A stretch of DNA of 64,000 nt from Candidatus Nomurabacteria bacterium (GCA_023898525.1 CP060227.1:823662-887661), one strand, 5' to 3'. Positions 37,201 through 47,775 are shown, counted from the first letter of the stretch. The notes: generated by a model not told the origin, from the sequence alone. A program made the numbers and translations.

Positions 37201-37317
37201 ATTAATATAAATTATATAAAAATTATTAGTCGAGTATAACAAAATAGTTAAGACTCTGAAATGCAGATAAGAGGGTAATTTGTTATACTCGATTGATTAA
37301 AATAATTTTTAAGATAT

Positions 37318-39138
37318 ATGACCAAAGCGGAAATCTTTTTGAATAAAGTAAATGACAGGTTGTTCAAGTTGCATCGTAATTATGAACGGTTGTTTTGGGT
37401 GTCGTATATGGGTGATCATTCGGTTGATGAAAAGAAAAATAAAGCTTTAAATGAACTCGATGCTTTTCGCGGTAGTGAAAAACTTTTGGCTGAAGCGAAG
37501 CTTTTGCAAACTGAGATAAAAGATAAAAAACTTAAAGCCAGATTACAACATTGGGTAGACTACTTATCGCAACAACAACTAAGCAGCGAAGCTAAAGCTA
37601 TAAAAGAAAAAGTTACTAAACTCGAAAGTCTAATAACCAAGAAACGTGCCGAGCGAGTGACTGGGTATATTGACCCAAAGACTAAAACATTTGTACCAGC
37701 TTCGGAGTTAAAGATGCGAATGATGATGCGGACCGACCAGGAAGAGAAGGTTAGAAAAGCTTGTTTTGCTGCGCTTGAGAAATTGCCGTTTGATTGTTTG
37801 GATGAATATGTTGAGATTGTAAAGTTGCGAAATGAGTTTGCTAGGACTCTCGGCTATAGTGACTTTTATGACTACAAGCTAAAAGCAGAAGATAAGATGA
37901 CCAAGACAGAACTCTTTTTATTGTTTGATGATATTGCTGATAAGACCAAATCAGTCTTTGCTGACATACGAGACATGGAGAAGGAAATTAAAGGTTTGCG
38001 TAAACCGTGGAATTTTTCATACTTAATGGCCGGAGACTTTACCAAAGAAGAAGATCCTTATTTTCAGTTTGATGAGTCGCTTTTGCGGTGGGGGAGGTCT
38101 TTTGCAGCTTTGGGAATAGATTTTAAGGGAGGAAAACTACAGTTAGATTTGCTTGATCGAGAAGGGAAATGGAATAATGGATTTTGCCATTGGCCGGATT
38201 TGGTCCACTTTAAAGACGGAAAGAGAATATCTGGTTCGGCAAACTTTACTTGTAACGTAGTACCAGGGCAGGTTGGCTCAGGAGTGGCAGGATATAACAC
38301 TCTGTTCCATGAAGGTGGTCATGCGGCACATTTACTAAACAGTGAACAACAGGATGTTTGTTTTAACCACGAGTATGCGCCAATGACAGCAGCTTGGGCG
38401 GAAACCCATAGTATGTTTATTGATAGATTATTTTCTAGTATAGAGTGGCGACAGCGGTATGCCAAAGATGTCAATGATAATGACTACCCGTTTGAATTAT
38501 TTGTAAGAAAAGTCAAAAAGCTTGGTGTTTTAAAACCTACTAAGATTCTCTCGATAATATTTGTCGGTAATTTTGAGCGAGAAGTTTATGAATTAAAAAA
38601 TCCATCCACTAAAAAAATAATAGAGATTGCCAAGAAAAATTATCGTAAGTATTACGACCATTCTGAGGACTCACTATGGGCTTTAAATATTCCTCATATT
38701 TACGCCTGGGATAGTGCTTGTGCTTACCATGGCTATGGTTTAGCGGAAATTGCTCTTAGTCAATGGCGAGAGTATTTCTATAAAAAATATGGCTACATAG
38801 TAGATAATCCCGAGGTTGGGAAAGAGATGAAAAAAGTTTGGCAACTTGGTTCAAGCAAGTCATTTACTGAATGTGTGAAATTGGCTACCGGTAAAAAACT
38901 CTCCAGCCAAGCTTTTATCAAGGCTGTTACTATGTCTCCTGAAAGAGAAATAGCCGAAGCGAAAAAACGACTAAGAAGAATGGAGTCAGTAAAACCGTAC
39001 ACGAAGCCGGTTGATCTAAAAGCGGAAATAAAAATGGTCCACGGTAAAAAAGTAATCGCCACCAATAAAGTGAGCTTTGAAGCCATGGCTAAAAAATATG
39101 GTGAGTGGGTGAAGGGAATGGCTAAGTCGGAAGGGTGA
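37318..39138 (+). CDS. Zinc metallopeptidase, M3-like oligoendopeptidase family (HExxH)
   Basis: FHEGGHAAH zinc-binding motif. 606 aa, alpha-helical. Confidence 0.6.
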   Translation: MTKAEIFLNKVNDRLFKLHRNYERLFWVSYMGDHSVDEKKNKALNELDAFRGSEKLLAEAKLLQTEIKDKKLKARLQHWVDYLSQQQLSSEAKAIKEKVTKLESLITKKRAERVTGYIDPKTKTFVPASELKMRMMMRTDQEEKVRKACFAALEKLPFDCLDEYVEIVKLRNEFARTLGYSDFYDYKLKAEDKMTKTELFLLFDDIADKTKSVFADIRDMEKEIKGLRKPWNFSYLMAGDFTKEEDPYFQFDESLLRWGRSFAALGIDFKGGKLQLDLLDREGKWNNGFCHWPDLVHFKDGKRISGSANFTCNVVPGQVGSGVAGYNTLFHEGGHAAHLLNSEQQDVCFNHEYAPMTAAWAETHSMFIDRLFSSIEWRQRYAKDVNDNDYPFELFVRKVKKLGVLKPTKILSIIFVGNFEREVYELKNPSTKKIIEIAKKNYRKYYDHSEDSLWALNIPHIYAWDSACAYHGYGLAEIALSQWREYFYKKYGYIVDNPEVGKEMKKVWQLGSSKSFTECVKLATGKKLSSQAFIKAVTMSPEREIAEAKKRLRRMESVKPYTKPVDLKAEIKMVHGKKVIATNKVSFEAMAKKYGEWVKGMAKSEG

Positions 39139-39159
39139 AAGTCATAAAAAAGTAAAGCA

Positions 39160-39186
39160 AAAAATCCCTGTGAGAGGGATTTTTTG
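39160..39186 (+). terminator. Rho-independent terminator
   Basis: AAAAATCCCTGTGAGAGGGATTTTTT. Confidence 0.7.
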
Positions 39187-39225
39187 CTTTACTGTCATTC
39201 TTAGCTATGTTAGTCTAGTTTGACA

Positions 39226-40935
39226 ATGCAGAAAAAATATCTTGCTACTATAAATCTTTCCAAATTAGGCTTTCGCTATTTTCGGATAATGCTCGAGTCT
39301 AAGGCTTTTTCGCGTAAGTTTATTCAAGCGATGGTTGATCATCCAAATACTGGTTACATATTTGAAGGAAAAGGTTGGTCAGGAAAAAAGAAGGTCTTGG
39401 GACTTGGTATATGGGCGACGAGTAATAGTGAAATTGTTGATATTTCAAACCATATTAGAGCCATGATTCCAAAATCGTATAAAATTGCTTATCAATCAGA
39501 ATTGACTAGGTTGGAATTTTTCACGGAAATTGAAGGTAAAAAAAGACAATTGGTACTTTTGGATGAACTGGACTATAAATTAAAGCTATCTCCTCATGAG
39601 CTCGATTATTTAAAACTCATTAGTATAGACCCAGCCTTGGAAGTTGATGTAATGGCTAGGCTTTTAAATGTGATACCGGAAAAGGTGACTGAGATAGAGA
39701 GTAAACTTAAACGTGAAAATGTTTATTATGGCTTGACCGAGAATAGGCAGTTACCTAAAGGCTATACAAAATTTTTTGTTGATACTACTTCACTTTCGAT
39801 TGTGGAAGTGGATGAATATGCTGCGCTTTTAAAAAATGATAACAAGTGTGTGTACCTAGCACGCGGTAATGGAAAGTATAATTTTGAATTTGAGTATATA
39901 GTGACTGATAAAAAACAATTCAAGAAAAAATACGGAACTCTTCTGGAAATAAGTAAAAGTGTTCTTTTTCATAACAATATATATTCCAATTTGTTCCCAC
40001 AGTCTAAATTTGTTAATACCAAGATTGTTCAGGAAGAATTCATTAAGTTAGCTAAGCAAAATAGTGAATATTTTGACCTTAGAAACTCAGAGTTATGGTA
40101 CGTAAGTCATGATGGTGCACAATCGTATCTAGATATATATTCTGAGAGAGATTATGAGTCTGTAATGAAAACTGGTGAAGTAAGTCTATTTTCTGATTTG
40201 GCCAAGAATTTAATTAAGGATAATAAAAAGTTTAATATCATCGATCTTGGTAGCGGTGATGGTGTTAAAGGAAAGACTTTTATCGAGACTTTGGGTGAGG
40301 AAAAAGTAAAGTCATATTTTCCGGTTGATATACAGGAGTTGGAATTGTCACGAACAATGAAATCACATGAAGATGCTAAATACTCTATCCACCCAACGGT
40401 TTTGCGGTTTGAGAATCTGGCTTCTAGATTTCCGGTTGGGGCTAAAACTGATGAGATAAATATTTACGCTATATTTGGTGGTACCTATGGTAATTTTAAA
40501 CGAGAAGATATAAATAGATATTTAAGTTCAATTATAAGAACAGATAAAGATAAATTAATTGTGGCAATTCCAATCAGAGGTAATTTATCTGAAAAAGATA
40601 TATTAGCTACCTATCTAAACAAGACCACTGAACATGTTGCTTTTTCAGTTTTGAGACAAATTGGTTTTGATAAAAAAGATTTTGCTAAAAATATTGTTAA
40701 CCAAGGTTATATACTGCAACAGAGATTTGAAGACGATTCTGTTGTCTTGTACTTTACTCTAGCTAAAGATGTTCGAATACTTGGTTTTACTATAGAAGCC
40801 GGAACTCGGTTTGATATTGTTACATCGTGGAAACCAACTTTGGCTGATTTTAAATCAGCTTTAGAAAAATCTTTTTCAGTTGATAAAATAGTTTCTAATA
40901 AAACATTTGCTTTAGCTGTCTGCTCGAAGAAATAA
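39226..40935 (+). CDS. Two-domain protein: an unknown N-terminal domain fused to a C-terminal EgtD-like (Methyltransf_33) SAM-dependent methyltransferase
   Basis: IIDLGSGDGVKGKTF is SAM motif I, as in histidine N-alpha-methyltransferase-like enzymes. Confidence 0.5.
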   Translation: MQKKYLATINLSKLGFRYFRIMLESKAFSRKFIQAMVDHPNTGYIFEGKGWSGKKKVLGLGIWATSNSEIVDISNHIRAMIPKSYKIAYQSELTRLEFFTEIEGKKRQLVLLDELDYKLKLSPHELDYLKLISIDPALEVDVMARLLNVIPEKVTEIESKLKRENVYYGLTENRQLPKGYTKFFVDTTSLSIVEVDEYAALLKNDNKCVYLARGNGKYNFEFEYIVTDKKQFKKKYGTLLEISKSVLFHNNIYSNLFPQSKFVNTKIVQEEFIKLAKQNSEYFDLRNSELWYVSHDGAQSYLDIYSERDYESVMKTGEVSLFSDLAKNLIKDNKKFNIIDLGSGDGVKGKTFIETLGEEKVKSYFPVDIQELELSRTMKSHEDAKYSIHPTVLRFENLASRFPVGAKTDEINIYAIFGGTYGNFKREDINRYLSSIIRTDKDKLIVAIPIRGNLSEKDILATYLNKTTEHVAFSVLRQIGFDKKDFAKNIVNQGYILQQRFEDDSVVLYFTLAKDVRILGFTIEAGTRFDIVTSWKPTLADFKSALEKSFSVDKIVSNKTFALAVCSKK

Positions 40936-40953
40936 ATTATTGTTTGCAAATTT

Positions 40954-40984
40954 AAAAGCCTCTTAATTTTATTAAGAGGCTTTT
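40954..40984. terminator. Bidirectional terminator
   Basis: AAAAGCCTCTTAATTTTATTAAGAGGCTTTT. Confidence 0.7.
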
Positions 40985-41459
40985 AAGAAAAAGGGAGGAA
41001 CTCAATTCGGTCAAAATCAGCAGCGCGGTTTTTGTAAAAAACATGTGCGTTAAATTTTTCACCCTTGGCCATTTTTTCAAACCATTCACGGTCTGATTCG
41101 AGCATTTTGCCTAGAGGCAAATTGTCTATTTCGTACCAGTCTGGGATCATGTCAGCGGTTTCTACTGGGATACCGATAAAATGTTCGGTGCGGAATATGT
41201 GTACTTCAAAGTCGGGTGTATTAGCGTCAAAAAAAGTTATTACGCCTAACTTTTCAATTTTATCGACTTGTAGTTCTATATTTACTTCTTCCCAAACTTC
41301 TCTCAATAGACATTCTTCGATCGATTCGTCAGGTTCTACTTTGCCACCTGGTCCGTTTAGAGTATCGGTACCGATTTCACCTTTCTTCTTGTAACCAAGA
41401 AGAATCTTATTTCTTTTTACTATCAGAGCTAGGGTAACGATTTTCATAATATTCTCCAT
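40983..41459 (-). CDS. NUDIX hydrolase (MutT-like)
   Basis: Nudix box GGKVEPDESIEECLLREVWEEVNI. Confidence 0.7.
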   Translation of the reverse strand: MENIMKIVTLALIVKRNKILLGYKKKGEIGTDTLNGPGGKVEPDESIEECLLREVWEEVNIELQVDKIEKLGVITFFDANTPDFEVHIFRTEHFIGIPVETADMIPDWYEIDNLPLGKMLESDREWFEKMAKGEKFNAHVFYKNRAADFDRIEFLPFS

Positions 41460-41533
41460 TAACTTGCCTCATTTGAGCATATAACTTTTTAAGATAATTG
41501 CAATGAGCTTTGTGTGGTAAGATGTTTTGGATT

Positions 41534-42082
41534 ATGAAAAAAACAACTACGATTATTAACCTTGAACTGAAACATTATTGTGCTGATTTTTCAAAAATTA
41601 GGAAAGTTTTGTTGGAGTTGGGTGCGGTAAAAGATAGAGTAGTTAAACAAAAAGATTACTATTTTGTGTTACCGGAAGAAAAGAGTAAAAATAGAGCTCG
41701 CTTAAAGTTACGGGTCGAAGGAGGGGTTATGTATTTGGTGTACTATGAGCGACCAGACTTTATTTTTGGAAAAGATACAACTTCAGATGGAGGATATTTG
41801 GTGGTTGAAAAAGAAATGTTGAATTTTCTTAAACGTTCTCTTGGAGTGATAGCGGTGATAGAGAAAAAACGAGAAGTTTGGAAAAAGAAGAATACAGTGT
41901 TCCACTTGGATGAGGTAAAAGATGTGGGTGGCATATTTGAAATTGAGTTACAAAAAAGAGGAAAGATTAATGAAAAAGACCGTAAAGAATTTTCAATTTA
42001 CCAAAACAAAGTCCTGCCTTACCTTGGTCCTGTGGTTAACGGTTCTAATATTGATTTAGTTAAGAAAACTCAAAATAAATAA
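41534..42082 (+). CDS. CYTH domain protein (class IV adenylyl cyclase / triphosphatase fold)
   Basis: N-terminal ExExK (INLELK) plus downstream charged beta-strand pattern. Confidence 0.55.
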   Translation: MKKTTTIINLELKHYCADFSKIRKVLLELGAVKDRVVKQKDYYFVLPEEKSKNRARLKLRVEGGVMYLVYYERPDFIFGKDTTSDGGYLVVEKEMLNFLKRSLGVIAVIEKKREVWKKKNTVFHLDEVKDVGGIFEIELQKRGKINEKDRKEFSIYQNKVLPYLGPVVNGSNIDLVKKTQNK

Positions 42083-42099
42083 TTTGTTATAATTTACGT

Positions 42100-42483
42100 A
42101 TGAAAACTATTTTAGTTGATGCTATATATTGTTTTGTTTCTGATGAGGGAGAAGTGTTCAAAGAAATGTACGACCTCTTGGAGACTTATCCAAACCCAAA
42201 GATTCTTTTAACCGGAGCTGACGATGAACAGTTTAAAAAATGGAATCTGGCCAATATGCCGTATGAAGTTTTTACCCTGAAGCATCAGCCGGAAAAAACT
42301 GACCCAGAATATTATCGTACGTTACTGAACAAATTTGGACTCACACCTTCAGAGGTAATTTATTTTGAGCATAATCCCGAAGCGGTAAAGAGTGCTGAAT
42401 CGGTCGGTATTACTTCACGTGTTTATGACGATAATACAAAAGATCTGGTAGCCTTGAAAGAGTTTTTGGATTATAGCTTATAA
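42100..42483 (+). CDS. Hypothetical protein, possibly HAD-like
   Basis: 127 aa with weak HAD C-terminal resemblance. Confidence 0.35.
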   Translation: MKTILVDAIYCFVSDEGEVFKEMYDLLETYPNPKILLTGADDEQFKKWNLANMPYEVFTLKHQPEKTDPEYYRTLLNKFGLTPSEVIYFEHNPEAVKSAESVGITSRVYDDNTKDLVALKEFLDYSL

Positions 42484-42530
42484 TGTGGCGTAAGTGCAGA
42501 AGGGGAGGTAAATAAATTTAAATAAGATAA

Positions 42531-44372
42531 ATGAAAATAATAAAATTACTGTTTGACAGAGAACATTGGGTGGAGATCGCAGCGATAGTGGTGGTAGGTT
42601 TGGCTAGTTTACTTTTTTCTCTGGAGATCATATCAATACCAATTTTGGTAGCGGCTATTTTGCTCGGTGCTTACCCAATTGCTAAGGAAGCTCTTCTAGA
42701 CCTGTTTACTAAGAAAAAAATTGGCACCGAGTTATTTATTACGGTAGCGGTGGCGGTCGCTCTCTTGGGTGGGGAGTATCTGGCTGGGGCTGTGGTCTTG
42801 ATGATTATTTTGATCGCTGAATACATTGCTAGTGTTTCGGGAGAAAGAGCTAGGGCGTCAATCCGTGACTTAATTGGTACAGTACCAAAAACCGCTATTA
42901 TTAAATGTGGTGACAAACAACTGACAGTTGACTTAGCTTCGATAAAAATTGACGACATAGTTTTGGTAAGGGCTGGCGATAAGATACCGGTTGATGGGGT
43001 GGTGGTGGCTGGTAACGGGTTTGCTAATCAAGCACCGATTACCGGTGAGAGTTTACCGCAGGGTAAGATGGTTGGTAGCGATGTTTATGCTGGTACCATA
43101 TTGGAGTCTGGCGCTCTTGATATCAGAGTCACTAAGCTAACGGAAGACACGGTTTTCTCGAGAATCATTGCTCTGGTTGAGGAGGCGGAAAGTCGGGAGC
43201 CGTTGATTCAGAAGTTTACTGATCGGGTAGCGACTTGGTTGATTCCAATCGCCTTTGTATTTGTGGCGGTGGTCTATTATTACACTCAAGATATAAAGTT
43301 GATTATCGCGCTGTTGATCTTTACTTCTCCGGCTGAGCTTGGACTAGCTACACCTTTGGTGACTATATCGGCGGTGGCCAGAGCGGCGCGCGAGGGTATA
43401 TTAGTAAAAGGTGGCTTGTATCTTGAAGCTTTGGCTCGGGCTGACACTTTCGTATTTGATAAAACTGGTACTTTGACACTGGGGGACTTGAAGGTAGATA
43501 AGATTCGGGTGTTTGACCGAAATTTTGATGAAAGGGAGGTATTGTCTATTGCTGCAGCGGCCGATAGTCGGTCTGGTCATCCTTTGGCCAAGACTATTGT
43601 TGAGTACGCTAAGGAGATAAATGTTTCGCATATTGCACCGACTGAGTTCGCGGTTTTGGATGGTCGAGGCGTAAAAGCAACTGTTGGCGGTAAACAGGTT
43701 TTGGTTGGAAATGTGACTTTAATGCATGAGAATTCTGTAGATCTGCCGAGTGACGTTAAAATTACTGATGACACGACTGTCTACGTGGCAATGGAGGGTA
43801 AATTGGTCGGGGCTATTTTAATTAGTAGTATTGTCAGGCCGGGAGCAAGAGCGGCTATCCAATCATTAAAAGCTGGCGGGGTGAAAAAAGTGATGATGCT
43901 AACCGGAGACAATGAGGAAGCGGCTAAGAAGATAGCCTCTCAACTAGCGATTGATGAGGTAAGAGCTGATTTATTACCGGAAGATAAAATTAAGATCGTA
44001 GACCAATTGCAGTCCGAAGGTCGGCTGGTAGCGATGGTGGGTGACGGTGTCAATGACGCACCGGCGCTAGCGGCTGCTAGTGTGGGGGTGGCTATGGGTT
44101 CAGTCGGGACCGGGTCAGCGATGGAGGCCGCCGATATAGTCTTAGTAAATGATGATCTGGAGAAACTGGCTCACGCTCGAGCAATCAGTAGCCGGGCTTA
44201 TAAAACAATTCGAGAAAACATTTTTGTTGGAGTTGGAGTGGTGCATGTGGTGGGAATTATTCTGGTTTTAACTCATGTGATCGGTCCGATTCAGGCGGCA
44301 ATTATTCACTTGGTGCCTGATACTTTAGTGTTTTTGAATTCTATTAAGTTACTGAAAGTTAAAATTTACTAA
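42531..44372 (+). CDS. P1B-type heavy-metal P-type ATPase with variant TM6 motif SPA (no N-terminal metal-binding domain)
   Basis: DKTGTLT, GDGVNDAPAL and TGES motifs. TM6 reads FTSPAELGLATP instead of CPC. Confidence 0.75.
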   Translation: MKIIKLLFDREHWVEIAAIVVVGLASLLFSLEIISIPILVAAILLGAYPIAKEALLDLFTKKKIGTELFITVAVAVALLGGEYLAGAVVLMIILIAEYIASVSGERARASIRDLIGTVPKTAIIKCGDKQLTVDLASIKIDDIVLVRAGDKIPVDGVVVAGNGFANQAPITGESLPQGKMVGSDVYAGTILESGALDIRVTKLTEDTVFSRIIALVEEAESREPLIQKFTDRVATWLIPIAFVFVAVVYYYTQDIKLIIALLIFTSPAELGLATPLVTISAVARAAREGILVKGGLYLEALARADTFVFDKTGTLTLGDLKVDKIRVFDRNFDEREVLSIAAAADSRSGHPLAKTIVEYAKEINVSHIAPTEFAVLDGRGVKATVGGKQVLVGNVTLMHENSVDLPSDVKITDDTTVYVAMEGKLVGAILISSIVRPGARAAIQSLKAGGVKKVMMLTGDNEEAAKKIASQLAIDEVRADLLPEDKIKIVDQLQSEGRLVAMVGDGVNDAPALAAASVGVAMGSVGTGSAMEAADIVLVNDDLEKLAHARAISSRAYKTIRENIFVGVGVVHVVGIILVLTHVIGPIQAAIIHLVPDTLVFLNSIKLLKVKIY

Positions 44373-44441
44373 ACCAGATTTATTTTTGAAAGAAATCTAG
44401 TTTCAAAATTAGCTTTATTTAATTTGTGCTATACTCGGTGT

Positions 44442-44876
44442 ATGTTAAAAGAATTTGTAGTTAGATGTCGAGCCGTAATACTGCACGAAGGTAAGTTGTT
44501 GGTGGTGAGGCATGTTCATGATACATCGTACGTATGTTTGCCTGGTGGACACTTGGAGTTTGGAGAGGATGTTATATCCTGTCTGAAGCGAGAAATTGTC
44601 GAAGAATTGGGGATTGAGCCTGAGGTTGGACAATTGCTTTATGTAAATACTTTTACGGTTGGTGATATTAAACAACCGGTAGAATTTTTCTTTGCGGTTA
44701 AAAACTCAGCTGATTATCTGAAGATTGGTGAAAACGAAAGAACTCATGCTCATGAGTTAGAAGATTTTGAGTGGATTGCGCCGACTGATGGGGTTAGACT
44801 GTTGCCGGAAAAATTTGCTGAGGATTTTCGGGCTGGTCGCATAGACTTAGACAAGACTAAATTTTTGATGGGTTAA
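44442..44876 (+). CDS. NUDIX hydrolase
   Basis: Nudix box GGHLEFGEDVISCLKREIVEELGI. Confidence 0.7.
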   Translation: MLKEFVVRCRAVILHEGKLLVVRHVHDTSYVCLPGGHLEFGEDVISCLKREIVEELGIEPEVGQLLYVNTFTVGDIKQPVEFFFAVKNSADYLKIGENERTHAHELEDFEWIAPTDGVRLLPEKFAEDFRAGRIDLDKTKFLMG

Positions 44877-44881
44877 GATCT

Positions 44882-45256
44882 ATGAATGAAGGACAGAAAA
44901 TTAGATGGTACGCTTTTGACTTTGATGGTGTGATTGCCGAATATGAAGGTTTTAAAGGGAAGAATCATTTCGGTAAACCAAACAAAGTAATAGTTGAAAC
45001 TATAAGAAGGTTAAAAGAAATGGGTCACAAGATCATTGTCTATTCTACACGAGGAGAAGAATTTCTTAAGAAATACTGTAGTGATAATAATATACCAGCA
45101 GATTATTTTAATAAAAACCCTGAGTTAGAAGGAGATAATCCAGGCAAACCCATAGCTTACGTTTATGTTGATGACAGAGCTGTTTGTTATAAAGGACAGG
45201 AAAGTGAACGGTTGCTAGAAGAAATTTTAAGTTTTAAAGCTTATTGGGAAAAATAA
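44882..45256 (+). CDS. HAD-superfamily phosphatase-like small protein
   Basis: Motif I FDFDGVI. 124 aa. Confidence 0.5.
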   Translation: MNEGQKIRWYAFDFDGVIAEYEGFKGKNHFGKPNKVIVETIRRLKEMGHKIIVYSTRGEEFLKKYCSDNNIPADYFNKNPELEGDNPGKPIAYVYVDDRAVCYKGQESERLLEEILSFKAYWEK

Positions 45257-45284
45257 AACTTGACAACTCTGGTATGATTAAAGC

Positions 45285-47294
45285 ATGGAGCACGTACATC
45301 ATAGCGGGCATGGACATGGTTCTGGAACGGGTCATGGTTCTGCCGAGATTTTTTTGAAACGATTTTGGGTCGTAACTTTTTTGTTGATTCCACTGGTGTT
45401 CGCTAACCAGATGGTAATGCAGGCAGTAGGGCTTCAGGCTCATACTCTAAGTAAGTGGTTTGGTTTTTTTATTGCGACGGTGATATTTGGCTTTGCCTTA
45501 GTTTTTTTTGAACACGCTTGGCACGAGATAAAGGCTAAGCAGTACGGCATGATGACGTTGGTGTCGCTGGCGGTGGGAGCTGGGTATTTATTTTCGGTAG
45601 TGGCGACTTTTGTGTCAACACTTGAGGCTGATTTTTATTTAGAAATATCAACGCTTATTTGGGTGCTGATGTTTGGTCACTACCTGGAAGCCAGGTCGGG
45701 AGCGGCGGCGGGTAATGCTTTGTCAGAAGTAGCGAAGCTTCTGCCTAAAAAGGCGCATCGTTTGATTGGTGATAGAGAGGAGGAGATTGAGATAAGTGAG
45801 CTCAAGGTTGATGATTTGGTCCTGGTAAAACCGGGTGAAAAAATTCCAGCTGACGGTGTGGTTTCGTTGGGTGTAGCAAATGTTAACGAAGCTCTAATTA
45901 GTGGTGAGTCAAAGCCGTTGTCAAAAAAGGCTGGAGACGAAGTGGTGGCTGGGTCTATTTGTCTTGATGGTTCTTTAACTATCCGTCTAACTAGGGTCGG
46001 TGAACATTCAACTATCGGTCAGATTAAAAATTTGATCGCTAAGGCAGAAATGACTAAGCCTAAGTCACAACGGCTGGCCGACAAAGCGGCGGCAATTTTG
46101 ACCGCGGTGGCGGCTATTACTGCACTTTTGACTGTTTTGGTGTGGTCGCTAATTTTAGGTGAGACTTTTGTTTTCTCAATTACACTCGCTATTACAGTTT
46201 TGGTGATTGCGTGTCCACATGCGCTTGGGTTGGCGATACCAACAGTCACTACCATAACCACCTCAATTGCAATTAAAAGCGGCTTTTTTATCAAAAATCT
46301 AGCCAAGCTAGAAGTACTGAAAAAGGTCAACTATGTTGTGTTTGATAAGACGGGTACTCTAACGACTGGAGAATTTGGTGTAAATGAAGTGGTGGCGGTT
46401 GGTGACGAAGTTGAAGCTAATGTATTAGCAGTAGCGGCATCGTTAGAACAACATTCATCGCATATTATCGGTCAGTCAATAGTAGCAGATGCAAAAAATA
46501 AGAACTTGCAGCTTCATCAAATTTTGAATTTCAAAAATATCGCCGGTAAGGGTGTACAAGCTGAGATAGATGAGGAGATATACGTGGTCGGTAACGTGGC
46601 TATGATGGAATCTTTTGGCGTCGAAATTGAAACTGTGAAAGAAAAATATATAGAATTATCGAGCAAAGGTAAGACGGTGGTGTTTGTGGCTAAACAAAAA
46701 AAGATAATCGGTCTTATCGTCTTGTCTGACGCTATTAAAAAAGAAGCTTTTCTGGCGGTTGAACGTTTACACGGTTTGGGTGTGAAGGTGGCTATGTTGA
46801 CTGGCGATAATCAAGCGGTAGCCAAAGCCGTAGCTGAAGAGTTAAAAATTGATACGTACTTCGCCGAAGTTTTGCCGGAAGATAAATACCAGCATATTAA
46901 GTCTCTGCAAGAAAGAGGTGGAGTAGTGGTGATGGTGGGTGATGGTGTAAACGACGCTCCGGCTTTGACTCAGTCTGATGTCGGAGTGGCAATCGGCGCT
47001 GGGACAGATGTGGCGGTGGAGGCTGGAGATGTGGTGTTGACCCGCAACAATCCGGAGGATGTGGCTCGACTCATAATCTTGGCCAAAAAAGTTTATGTAA
47101 AAATGGTACAGAATTTAGTGTGGGCACTTGGTTACAATATCATTGCTATTCCAGCGGCGGCTGGTGTGTTCGCTAGTCAATTTTTCTTTGGCGGTTTTCT
47201 TTTAAGACCGGAAATCGGTGCTTTAATAATGAGTCTCTCGACAGTAATAGTTGTAGCTAATGCTCTATTGTTGAAGCGAGTCAATCTTAAGTAG
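45285..47294 (+). CDS. CopB-type (P1B-3) copper-transporting P-type ATPase with a His-rich N-terminus
   Basis: N-terminus MEHVHHSGHGHGSGTGHGS. CPH motif in TM6 (IACPHALGLAIP). DKTGTLT. GDGVNDAPAL. Confidence 0.8.
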   Translation: MEHVHHSGHGHGSGTGHGSAEIFLKRFWVVTFLLIPLVFANQMVMQAVGLQAHTLSKWFGFFIATVIFGFALVFFEHAWHEIKAKQYGMMTLVSLAVGAGYLFSVVATFVSTLEADFYLEISTLIWVLMFGHYLEARSGAAAGNALSEVAKLLPKKAHRLIGDREEEIEISELKVDDLVLVKPGEKIPADGVVSLGVANVNEALISGESKPLSKKAGDEVVAGSICLDGSLTIRLTRVGEHSTIGQIKNLIAKAEMTKPKSQRLADKAAAILTAVAAITALLTVLVWSLILGETFVFSITLAITVLVIACPHALGLAIPTVTTITTSIAIKSGFFIKNLAKLEVLKKVNYVVFDKTGTLTTGEFGVNEVVAVGDEVEANVLAVAASLEQHSSHIIGQSIVADAKNKNLQLHQILNFKNIAGKGVQAEIDEEIYVVGNVAMMESFGVEIETVKEKYIELSSKGKTVVFVAKQKKIIGLIVLSDAIKKEAFLAVERLHGLGVKVAMLTGDNQAVAKAVAEELKIDTYFAEVLPEDKYQHIKSLQERGGVVVMVGDGVNDAPALTQSDVGVAIGAGTDVAVEAGDVVLTRNNPEDVARLIILAKKVYVKMVQNLVWALGYNIIAIPAAAGVFASQFFFGGFLLRPEIGALIMSLSTVIVVANALLLKRVNLK

Positions 47295-47330
47295 TGGCAC
47301 CAAGAGCAGAGGGTTGGTATAATTGCATTA

Positions 47331-47732
47331 ATGACAACTAAAATCGTGGAAGTGGTAAGGAAAATAGCTTCTGCTTTTATTTTTGTGGCTTTTGCTAGTG
47401 TTCTGTTTTTTAGTCTGTTTCATTTACACAATATTGGTGTTACTGGTATGTCTGATTGTCCGTTTATGTCTCATCAAGAGACAGTTTGTCCGATGAGCTT
47501 GATTGATCATATTGAGGCTTGGAAGACTATGTATATAGCGGTCATGCCCACTATTGTTTTTGTGTTGATGGTTTTACTACTAGTTTCAATTGCTCCAAAC
47601 TTATTATTTAGCTTTCCAATATTACGGGCATCTTTTATAAAACAACGACTGAGAGAGCTGACCTATACTTTTTATTCGCGATATTTACAAGAATTTTTTT
47701 CAGATGGTGTTTTAAATCCCAAGTCATTTTAA
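47331..47732 (+). CDS. Small membrane protein with a CxxC/CP-containing Cys/Met cluster (CPFMSHQETVCPM); candidate copper-handling accessory protein
   Basis: 133 aa, 2-3 TM. The Cys/Met cluster sits between the TM helices. Located between copB-like and the multicopper oxidase. Confidence 0.4.
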   Translation: MTTKIVEVVRKIASAFIFVAFASVLFFSLFHLHNIGVTGMSDCPFMSHQETVCPMSLIDHIEAWKTMYIAVMPTIVFVLMVLLLVSIAPNLLFSFPILRASFIKQRLRELTYTFYSRYLQEFFSDGVLNPKSF

Positions 47733-47775
47733 GTATTTCTGAGTAAATTATTATTAGGCTTAATTAAGATTTAAG

